Assembly: GCA_029953675.1 (NCBI GenBank)
Contig: JAMWBK010000006.1
Coordinates: forward strand, 1 to 64,000
Reading direction: 5' to 3'
Source of the DNA: Rhodosorus marinus CCMP1338
Lineage: Eukaryota; Plantae; Rhodophyta
Length of the DNA stretch: 64,000 bases
The position numbers were made by a program, and so were the translations under genes. This document shows positions 1 to 10,301 of this stretch, one piece after another (position 1 is the first letter of the stretch; every line of letters starts with the position of its first letter). The notes beneath the pieces were generated by a model. The model had not been told where the DNA came from. It was given only the letters and a program-made list of their open reading frames with translations, and did no database searches.

Positions 1-299
1 GAGTAGTGCTGCGGGGTCGAAGGGCATTTACGCAAGTGGGCGAGTGCCGCATTTAATTTGAACAGTCCAATCCCCCAACTCTCCTGCCGAGCTCGATATC
101 GCCTGCAGAACACGAAACCTCCACCGTAGTCGTCACGACAGAATTTCACAAGTGTCGAGCCACCGTCATCGCTGTTGTGGGAGAAGGTCCCGAGATCGAA
201 AACTTCGGTGCCTTCGATTTCTAGCTGCAGATTTTCCACACTTACGATGGCTGAATTCCCTGGTCCACCTTTCTGCTCTAATCAAGGGCTCACAGATTT

Positions 300-3200
300 T
301 TGTGATCCTTTAATATCTCCAGTAGTAGGGCCTACTATAGCACCACTACTATTGCGACGAACGAATGGGCTAACTGGAGGCTGAAAAAAACCCCGAGGGG
401 AAAAAAGACTAAGCGCGGCGAAGTACTCGCGCCTCCAACATCAAAAGGGCATTCATGCGCCGTACAGCAGTGAAAACTTAAGCGGGTAAACAACGATTGA
501 AGACGGTCAGGGGCGTTCGCGGAAATAACTCCCGAAGCCAGCGAGAACCAACAGAGTCCATGAACCCAAAGCACTCACTCATTCTTGTGGGTACTAAGCG
601 ATGTGGCTAGGGTGCCGAAGCACGAATGACCAGGGGAAGACAAAGCCCTCGCGTATTTGATCTCTTTGCGGCGTCTCATGTGCTGGCGGAGGCAGATCCA
701 CGGCGCTCCCCCGCAGCCGGGAGATAACGACTAGCTTGAGGGTTAGGAAACAGCAAGATCAACGTATGTGGTACGGCGGCTGTCGTCACAGGTGATCACC
801 AGGTCGGCTACACGGCGTTCATCATTTTGAAAGTCCGCGACGGGTAAAGGTTTCGCCACGTTCGATTTCCAGATCATTTGCCGGACTATAGGCCGAAGTT
901 CCCGGTATAACAGGTTCAAGATCCGTGTGTGGCGGCGGGTTCGAGCACCTTTCACCGCCGGGCAACTAGCGAGCAGGTGGGCGCCAAAATCTGCGTTGTC
1001 TTCAGTCTGAGAGCAGAGAGGGCACGACGAACCCATCTCTGTACGGCCAAGGGGGCTGATGTAAGCCGAGTGTATAAGCGCAGTGAAGTACGCACTTCGA
1101 AATCCGACAGTGTGAGTGGCGGAAAGGCTGGTACGGTCATGAGCCACTGAGAGCTAATAACCCCTCCAAGACTACGTAGGCGGGCGCGAGCGCGAGAAGA
1201 TGAGACCATCTGCGCGAGGAGTCGGCCATATGCAGCACGGTGCAAGTCCCAAGAAAGGATATTTTGCAGCGCATCCGTGCGTGCTTGAGCTCGGCTCCCA
1301 GCGCGCTGGGAATCATCAGGAGCATCAACTGGAACTTCTTCTTCTGCGGCAACCACTGGGTCAATCTCCCCTAGAACAGGTTCAGGCGCAGGACGAATCC
1401 TCAAGCGGAGTTCCTCGGAGAGCGGTTAAATACAGCTCGCCAGTCAGGAAGACGGGGTTGGAAACGGTTTCGGGGAGACTAGTACAGGAATTCAGGGCGG
1501 TTTGGAGCTCCAGAAACAAGTCTTGGGCGCTTTCCGGTACGCTGGGAAGCAAGACACCCCGCGAGAGGCTCGCCATCAAATTGCGGAACTTCGGAGATAC
1601 CCAAGCTGCTCAAAGTGGGAAGTGCGGGTTCCCAGGCCCCTACTGCGGCTGCAGGTTGGACTCACAACACGATTGCAGAGTGCCCAGTCCCCCTAATCGC
1701 AATGGGAGGCCTACCTGGGCGCGCACAACATCACAGGTGGGTCGCGGCAGAGCGCTCAGCTCTTTCATCGAGAAAAAATACCCCAGGTCACGGAAACTTT
1801 CAGCATCCGCACGAGTGGCCAACCACGGGCCCCAATGAGTTGGAAGTGAGCGAAGCCAATAGGTTAACCGCTGGCTGCAACAATACCGAAACAGCAACAA
1901 CGAGCACTGGAGAAAGCCCGGAGGTAGCCGTCGAAGCTCTGCAACCAGCTGTCTGTGCTAACCGAGGAGCTGCAGCAACTCGCCTTCAACGAAGGACGGC
2001 GACCCGTAGGGGATGCCTATAAGTGGACAAAACCAATCCGGTCTCCAAATATCCTGGAACGACGCAGGTACCTGCCGCTCTTGTGCAGCTACACCTCCCC
2101 AGTAGAACGATTTGTGATGACACCTCCAGGGTCAACCCGCGAAGCCAAGGAGCGGAGACGATCATAAGCGAGTGCTAGAGTATCAGGGGGCCCCAGGAGG
2201 CACACGTCGTCGTGGTATGCAACCGTACGAACCTGCGGGAATTCGGAGCGAAGACAAAGCAAGACGAGTTGTAGTCCACAGGCATGTAGGAAAGGGGACA
2301 AGGGATCACCCCGTTGTACCCCCTGTGCGCGCCGCAAACGTGTGTGAGGAAGCGCCAAGGGTGTCATAGGTAGCCCTAATGACCAAGCGGAGAATAAAGT
2401 CTACTAACAAAGGGAAAGTCTACAGGGAAGACTTCGCGCACCACGTGCATGAGAGCCGGACGAGAGACGCGGTTGAACGCATTGGTAAAATCTACAGAGA
2501 GGAGCCCAGAATCTGGGGAGTACGCCATTTCCGAACGGAGTAAAACAGACAACAACTTCACAGCCACCACGATAGCCCACGCCTAACTGCACGTGCCCAA
2601 AGAGACGGGTGGATTCGGGAACCAGGATTTTCACTAACCATCGCGCCGCCAATTTGCGGACCACCTCAACCAGGCCAATAGGGCGAATAGCAGGGCCTGA
2701 GGCCGTGTGGCCGGGCTTCGAAAGCAGACACAACTGTAACGCCTGACCAAGAACTACGCACACTCACAGATGCTGGGATCACCATTCACAAGCGCTTCTG
2801 GACCACCCACGCCAACGCCTTCAAACCTTCATCACTTAAGAAACGGAGAGATATTCCACCTGGCAGCCCCGAGGGCCCTGGGGAAACGGCCCTTCGGAGC
2901 ATCATGAACCAACTCACGCACTGCCTCCAGATTGACTCACCAACCGCGCACTGGGATGTGGCGCGGCGCGGTACTCTTCCAATACTGATTCAAACGAGGG
3001 GTCCCAAGGGGAACCTTCCGGTGGGAAAGAGCAAACGGAGCGGTGAAGAAAGATCATCATCGGAGTATGGAACCACAGGTTGCCGCTGCTGGAGGATCCT
3101 GGCTGCCCGCCGCAGATCACCGCCTGCCACCGCGTGACGCGCCCGATTCTGTCGAGAAGACCTAAAAGCTGAGGGAGCACTAGGAGACTATTAGTGCCAG
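300..3200 (-). mobile_element. Degenerate, 5'-truncated CRE-like non-LTR retrotransposon, family B (copy B1)
   Basis: Broken minus-strand ORFs give RT motifs (AIRPIGLVEVVRKL, QLGVGYRGGCE, VDFTNAFNRVSR, GVQRGDPLSP, AYHDDV). They are followed by a CCHC knuckle (CPLC...HLLASC) and an RLE domain (RHT...VADL...YVDLAV). Many stops and frameshifts; ends are approximate. Confidence 0.88.
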
Positions 3201-3599
3201 TACGTGAACTACCCGTAGTGTATTTAAGATCCAATCTGATGTTGAGCCCCTGTGACGACGGATTGTAAATTCAAGCTAAAACGTAAAAATGTTTAATTAA
3301 TATTTATAATATATGAAACAATGCAGTTCGTGGTTGTCCAGAGGGGGTGGAAGAGGAATATTCCTTTTTCGGGAGAACTGTCAGCCGCTGGAAGTGCGGG
3401 AAATTCAACCATTGTGCTGAATTGTGTTAATAATTCGGAGACACATAATGTACGCGCGCGTTTATTGATGATGCATGATTAACAATTCGTCGGGTCTGAT
3501 GAGGGAGATGGGGTGGTGGTGGTTTTACTGGGCTGGGATTTACTAGATGTATCATTAATTTGAGAAGTCCCTGCCTGTGGCGGACTAACAGAGGGAAGA

Positions 3600-6500
3600 A
3601 CGCCTTGTTGCCGACCTAGTGGTGGAGTTGCGGGGCCTTTCCTATTTGGGTTGGGTTTGGTCGATTATTCTCTCGGTGCGGTTTCGATATTGGTGGTGCA
3701 ACGTTTCCTTGGCGGATTCCCTCAGGATGGTAGGGATGACTCCGCACTCGACGGAGCCTCCTCCCAAGGAGGCACTGCCAGGTGGGGGACTCCCGTGTTC
3801 GCCCCCAGCTGCGGCACGTTTTCTTCCGAGGTTGACTTGGAAGGCGCTTCTAAGTACCCAGGCGCGTTCACTTATCTCCGCTGTCACCAGCCCGATCACG
3901 GCTGCGAGTGATCGCGGAGTGCTCCCTCAGCTCACCCAGAAGCTAGGTGGGCTGGAATCGGGATTGGCAGCTGGCCAGGTCAAATTCAAATTCGGACGAG
4001 AATTTGAATTGCCCCAGAGTGGCAGCGTTGGCTGAAGGCAGTCAACATCCGGTCAATCAACATGAACCTGTCCCGGGACAGGCGAGGGCTGTTGCTTTTG
4101 CGCGGGACAGTACGACGTTGGGGAGCGGCAGGCTGCCAAAACGCGCTTCAGCGCTCGGGGACTCGAGGTACGGTGGTGGTGACTGTGCGGCAACCGGTGT
4201 GGAGGAGACTGCAGCTGTGGACTTCCCTCTCTTGACCAGCTCCTCAGGTCGTCACCAGCTCCCGGCTACTTCGGGGCACGTGGTGGCCGCAAGGGGGCGC
4301 TTCGTACGCATCAGTCTTGCGGAAGGGCACCACTGCCACGACGCGTAACGGCGGCTATGCTCCGTTTCATACCATCTCGCGAGCCTCAGGATGGACCTGT
4401 GGAGACCACTCTCCAATTTCTGTGGGTGCGAAATGTCCGGCCCCAGACTACACGAGGACAGGTTCCGTCTATGCGAGACTTCCGGGACACTTTTGCGGAA
4501 TCGTTAGGGTGCAGCAGGGGGTGATTTCTTCTTCGCAAACTATGAGGGCCGCGATGTGCTGTTTTTAGTCTCCGCAATCCGCCGCCAAGTACCTGGAGGT
4601 CTTGCTGGCGAAGCCTACTGAGCAGTGGCCTGAGAGCGCCCGGTGCGGCTGCGCTGCAACCCGCAGGTGGTTTCCGCACTTCGATTTTGACCGTTTCTCG
4701 GGCAATTTCCTGTCTCCGGGAGAAACGGCAGGGCTCTCTGAGCATGAGAGCAGCCGTGAAGGCGGCAGCGATCCATTGGCTACGGATTCAGCGCCTTGAG
4801 AGGATCTTGTTGGCGCGGTTCCGGTCGTGGCCTCGTCACCTGCGCATGGCGGTTTCCAGTTTCTTCGATCTGGAGAGGCGACTTGTGCTGACTTCGCGCT
4901 ACAAGACAGAGCTGCAGCGGGTGGGGATTTTGGAGGGCTCTGCTTCCAGCACTACTTCCAGCGAGAGTGGTGTGAGGCAGGGGAGCAGACTGAGGGCATG
5001 GCGGGTGGAGGACGCCCAGGTTACTTTTGCTGAAGCCCGCGGGATCCGTTCCGCGAGCCTCGCGGAGTGGGAGGCTCACGACTTTGGTGCGGATAGTGTA
5101 AGAGAGCGAGGACCGACTCCCCGGGTCTAAGTGGGGAGAAGCACGATTAGCGCTTCCAGGCACGGGCTGCGAGGTCGCAGCCTATGGATCTACAGTCTTA
5201 TGTCCTGGAAGGAGGGCGGAGACTCAGCATTTGGCGTACGCGTTTTCGGAGTTGGCTCCGGCGGTGGATTTCTTTGGAAGGAGGCTCGCTTCCCTCCGTG
5301 GGGGCATTCCCCCAGTCGTCCTTCCTCGTGGAGACCTTCTGGTAGCTGGAACCATTCTCGATTTCATCTTCACGAGCCTGGCCTCGCAACATTCGGGACA
5401 CAGTCATTTGGGTTTTTCTGGGGGTCATGCCGCGCATGATTCTGGCCCCCATTCACACATCATCGGAGCGCAGATGGCGAGTACGAGACCGACTGGCCCT
5501 GTTCTTGAAGGGAGACTTCGAAGTACTACAGCGCAGCTATTTGGCGTCGTCAGCACCATCCGCCTGTCGGACTCGGCATGGCACAGCGTCGCCCGTGCCA
5601 GCTCGAGTACAGAAATTGGCAGCAGTGGGCGATTTAAGTCGAGCGGCGCGGGTTTTGAGGGCCAGGCGCCTGTCCTCCCTACGATGATAGTCTCGCCCAG
5701 ACGGTGTCGTCTTTGTTCCCTGAGTCCGACGTGGATTTGTCCCCTGAATTCGAGGTATTCTTGGACCGTCCGGAGTTGGCCAGGTTTCGTATCGATCTGA
5801 CGCTCAGTGAGTCTGACCTGGAGGATTTGCTTCGTACCTCGCGTCGGGGACGCTGTCCTGGACCCTCCGGACTAAGAACAGAGCTATTGCAGGCCCTGAG
5901 CCAGCCTGGCCAGAGCGCGCTTCTGAGAGATCCTTAACAAGTTGTTCCAGGGCGTATCGGGTGCGTCCGCGCCATGTGGGAACATCTCCGGCAGGTACAG
6001 CTTTGCTTGCTCACGAAACCTGACCACCAGCCGGCCCACCCGCGTCTCCGGCCGATCGGGATGGTGGAGGAGCCTACGGAAGTTAGCCGGGAGGTGGCTG
6101 GTGCCAGCGCCTTCGCCAGCGCGTCACAGCTTTTATGGCGCCCTTGCAAGCAGGGGGTGGGATTTTCTGGGGGCTGCGAACTGATCACCCATGGGATCGA
6201 GCTAGAACGCGCCAGTAGGCCGGAGTGGGGAGTCTTGGTGGCTGATTTCCGGAATGCATTCAACAGCGTGTCGCGGACGCATGCGCCAGAGGTGCTCCGA
6301 CGTGTGTTTCCGGAGTAAGGGCCGTTTCTATCGGGTATTTACGGAGGGGAGAGCCTCCCCTACTTGACAACGGAGGGCACTGTTTTTCAAGCACATACTG
6401 GCGTCCAACAAGGCGACCCTTGCGGACCTCTTCTTCATGCCTGTGCCCTACAGCTCGTACTTTTACGTCTTTCGACTGAGGTCTCGGATCTTCGAATCTG

Positions 6501-8335
6501 CGCGTACCACGATGACGTAACATTGCTGGGCACCCCTGACACCCTGGTTAGGGACTGACCGCGATCGAAGCGATTGCACGTCGCGTCGGTTTGACTGCGG
6601 AAACAGAAAAATGTCGCTTTCTCCCCCGAGGGACGTGTCGCTGAACTCTCTGCCACCCACTCTGCGACTAATCAGCGCGAACGTGAAGGGTTCGAACACC
6701 ACGGCGTCGGATTGGGGACTGACAACTTTGTCCAAGCATCCTGCGAGCGAGTTTTGGCACGGCACAAGCAACTCACCGACGCCATTGAGCACCTACCCGA
6801 CAGCATGCTGCAATCGGCCTGCTTGCTTTCCCGCTTTTGTGCCGGTCCCAGACTCAACTACTGGTTGCGCAGCCTGCCTCCAGCTTGGGGCTCGTGGATC
6901 GCGGCTAAAGCCGACGAAATGACCCTGCAACACTGGGGAACGCTCTTGGATGAGCCCCTCGATCTTGAAGCTCGTTCCCGACAGGGACTTTGTTCGTGCA
7001 CAGATCGCTCTACCGTTGCGATTAGGGGATTCGGCGTCGCAGACCGTGGGCTGGCATGCTCGCCAGCGGCGGTTGCCTCCTGGGCTACCGCGCTGCGAAC
7101 GTTGGTGACCTTCCGGATGCGAAGTGCCCGCCTCTTGGCTCGAGCTTTGACCAACGAGGATCCAGTGACCCTGCCGCCCCCGGCTTTGACAATTTATGAT
7201 ACCTCAACACGCGTTCAGGAGGTGCAACGCCGTGCCGGACGCAAATAGGTCCCGCTTTCGTTCCTGGAGGGAGCTGTTATGGGGACGAGCTGAAGCGATT
7301 GGAGGATTGTCCCCTCGACCGAGTTCTTGCCGATGACGGAGAAGCTAGCCCCGGGTCCCCTGTTGCAGACTACCCGGGTTTGAGCCGATTGTGGAGCTCC
7401 CGCACTGATGTGATTCAACATAGCCTCACCTGGGGCCAACACAGTGCTGCCTACACAGTCATGCTCAATTCTCCTCTCACGCCGCCTACCACTGCCGCTC
7501 GTCTCCGCGGCATGGGAGGCCACCTCTCGCACTTCCAGGTTAACCACTCTACCGTCGTCATTGAGTCATCGTCTCGATGCTTTCCAGTTCCGTTCTGCCG
7601 CACGCATCTATCTCGGTTTGGGTTACAGGCTCTGTGGCACTCTAATCGGCCGTCTTTCTGTCAGGGATGAGAGAGCTTGATTGACGCTTGTGGGCTACCA
7701 CTTCCTGGGTTCCTGCGGACTGTTGCGAGGTCTCCGGCCGCAGGCGTCACACTCGCCTCAAGCACATCCTCAGCGAATTTTTGACTCGGATAGGGCATAC
7801 GGTTGAGGTTGAGTTTGAACCGCCCAGATCCATTTTCGACTCTGCACCGCCCCGTTGTATAGCCGATCTCCTCGTCTCCGACGCTGCTGCCAGACGCGCT
7901 CAACATATGTGGACCTTGCGATTACCTGCCCCGTGGCCAGCGCCCACCTCACCGCAGCCGCCTGCCGCCGGGGGCCGCGGCTTCAGCCCTCTTCGAAGAG
8001 TTAAGGGAACGACGGTATGCTGAGAGCATGGGCCATTCTGTTTGTACTGAGGGTCGCTCTCACCGGTTCCAGCCATTCATTGTGGAAAGCTTTTAACACG
8101 TCGATAAGTCTGGTTTCAGGAGTGGTTGCGGAAATGTTTTGCTGAGCATCCTACTGAATATTTGGCGCTCTTGAGGCGTTTAAGTGTCTCCCTTTGGCGA
8201 TATTCCAGCGACATGCTTTCCGAGGCGCGCCATCGGCGCCTGGGGTTGCATGCTTCCCTCCCTAGTTATTAGTTCATCTTCACGCCTTGCGTAGCGCTTC
8301 AGGCCATGCTAGTAAAGTCCAGTAAAGTCCAGTGG
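3600..8335 (+). mobile_element. Degenerate near-full-length CRE-like non-LTR retrotransposon, family B (copy B2), with ORF1 remnant
   Basis: RT pieces: CPGPSGLRTE, LRPIGMVE, QGVGFSGGCE, ADFRNAFNSVSR, GVQQGDPCGP, AYHDDV, RFCAGPRLNYWLR. RLE pieces lie at 7600-8300. An ORF1-like segment (AAAIHWLRIQRLERIL) lies at 4690-5130. Multiple stops; 5' end approximate. Confidence 0.88.
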
Positions 8336-8339
8336 TGGC

Positions 8340-9220
8340 AGTCTTGCTCAATTATCCCCTCACACTGCCTACTGCCGCTCGCTCCCGCGGCCTGGGAGGC
8401 CATCTATCGCGGGTGTGGTTAACTGCTTTGCCGTCGTAACTGGGACACCGCTTCGACGCCTTCCAGTTCCGCACTGCTGCAAAGATCTACCAGGGTGCCA
8501 CAAGTTCCCTGGCACTCTAATCGGTCAGTCTTTCTGCCACGGATGTGAGAGTTGGATTGACGCGTGTGGCTACCACTTCTTAGGTTCATGCGGACTGTTG
8601 AGAGGTCTTCGTACTAGGCGTAACAACACTCACCTCAAGTACATTCTCAGCGAATCTTTGACTCAGGTAGGGCATACGGTTGAGGTGGAATTGGAACTGC
8701 CCAGAGATCGGTCTCGGACACTGCAGCGCCTCGCTGCATCGCGTATCTCCTCGTCTCCGACACTGCCGCCAGGCGCTCAGCATATGTGGACTCGCGATCA
8801 CATACCCTGTGGCTAGCGCTCATCTCAGCTCTGCCGCCCGTCGCCGATGAGCAGCTGCTTCGGCCTTTCGCCGAGTGAAAGAACGACGGTATGCTGAGAG
8901 TGTGGCCAGTCTGCCTTGCGTGCAGAGGGTCGCTCCCACCGGTTCCAGCCTTTAATCGTGGAAATCTTCTTTTGGTCACGTGGAGAAGTCGAGCTTGGAG
9001 TGGTTGGTGAAAGGTTTCGCTGAGCATCCTACGGAATACTTGGAACTCTTACGCCGTTCAAGTGTCTCTCTGTGGCGATCTTCTAGAAAGCATGCTTGCC
9101 GAGGCGAAAGATCGGCGCCTGGATTTGCACGCTTCCCTGCTCTGGGTTTTAGTTCCCTTTCACGCCTTGCGTAGCGCTTTAGGCTATGCTAATAAAAACC
9201 AGTGGTTTTACTGGTTCTAT
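8340..9220 (+). mobile_element. 5'-truncated tandem copy of the family B 3' region (B3)
   Basis: Nucleotide similarity to 7457-8330 (CGYHFLGSCGLLRG, LKYILSE, EHPTEYLELLRR). Ends with AATAAA and a 7-bp hairpin (9197-9216). Confidence 0.85.
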
Positions 9221-9289
9221 TTATACATAGTGGGTTTTACTAAAACAGCTCGATGTCTACGCAAGACGTAAAAGGAAACTAGGGACTGG

Positions 9290-9790
9290 GGTGAAGAGCG
9301 ATGCGCAAACCCAGGCGCGATGGGCTCCTCGACACTTATGATTGCCGCGCGTCCGGCACCTATCTCCCTTCTGCCGCTCTCCGCTGGGGGCAGTAGCTTC
9401 CGTCCTTCGCCGCAGCAAGGAACGATGGTACGCCGAGAGCATGGGCAGCCTTTCCCAGGAAGGTTCGGCGGAAGGGCAACAATGGCGGACGCTAATCGAC
9501 CTAGTAACTTGGAATACGCTACTATAATTTTGGCCCTGGCTTCTTAGCTGTATACTAGCCGAGGCTCCTCAATGGCGCCTTGACTTGCAAGCATTTGTCT
9601 TCACTATCTTTCGCGCTACGCCCTGAGTCGCCCGTTGACGTTGTGTTCGTAAAAACAACGCCGAACTACCTGTAGTTTATTCTCCGTTGGAAGTTAAGTA
9701 GTCTTCCATGATTCTAAGAGCAATTGCGAATCCCCCGGCTTCTGCAGAGGAATGAGCGTGTTTATAATTCGGGGACATCCTTGACGCATA
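9290..9790 (+). mobile_element. Short, more diverged 5'-truncated family B 3' fragment with 3' UTR (B4)
   Basis: Matches the family B tail (KERWYAESMGSL, ...ggcgccttgacttgca...). Its 3' end runs into degenerate C-strand telomere-like sequence. Confidence 0.7.
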
Positions 9791-9846
9791 CCCGCTAACC
9801 CCACTCCCGCGACTAACGTACTTACCCTGGAGCGGTGAAGTCACCG

Positions 9847-10223
9847 TAACGTAACCCCAGACTAACGTAACCCCAGACTAACGTAACCCCAGACTAACGT
9901 AACCCCAGACTAACGTAACCCCAGACTAACGTAACCCCAGACTAACGTAACCCCAGACTAACGTAACCCCAGACTAACGTAACCCCAGACTACGTAACCC
10001 CAGACTAACGTAACCCCAGACTAACGTAACCCCAGACTAACGTAACCCCAGACTAACGTAACCCCAGACTAACGTAACCCCAGACTAACGTAACCCCAGA
10101 CTAACGTAACCCCAGACTAACGTAACCCCAGACTAACGTAACCCCAGACTAACGTAACCCCAGACTAACGTAACCCCAGACTAACGTAACCCCAGACTAA
10201 CGTAACCCCAGACTAACGTAACC
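9847..10223. repeat. Tandem array of a 16-bp telomere-like repeat (CCCCAGACTAACGTAA)n, G-strand GGGGTTACGTTAGTCT; ~23.5 units
   Basis: Directly visible near-perfect array with one 1-nt deletion near 9991. It is strand-asymmetric (G4 run on the minus strand) and contains GGGTTA. Degenerate units lie at 9795-9827. Telomeric function is inferred. Confidence 0.95.
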
Positions 10224-10301
10224 GCGTACACTTTACTGAAGAACTCCCTATTGGAGCCCATTAAGAAGCAATAAGGATCCTATTGGTCAGCAAAGAAACC
10301 C

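Noticed and set aside
1200-1838. Long plus-strand ORFs (also 12254-12943 and 48066-48599)
   Set aside because: These are antisense shadows of real coding sequence on the other strand.
3230-3520. Hammerhead/twister/HDV ribozyme (ctgatg..., ctgatgag at ~3496)
   Set aside because: No correctly placed GAAA or flanking stems, and the twister P4 pairing is absent.
9847-10223. CRISPR array
   Set aside because: Contiguous identical 16-mers with no unique spacers, in a eukaryotic context with no cas genes.
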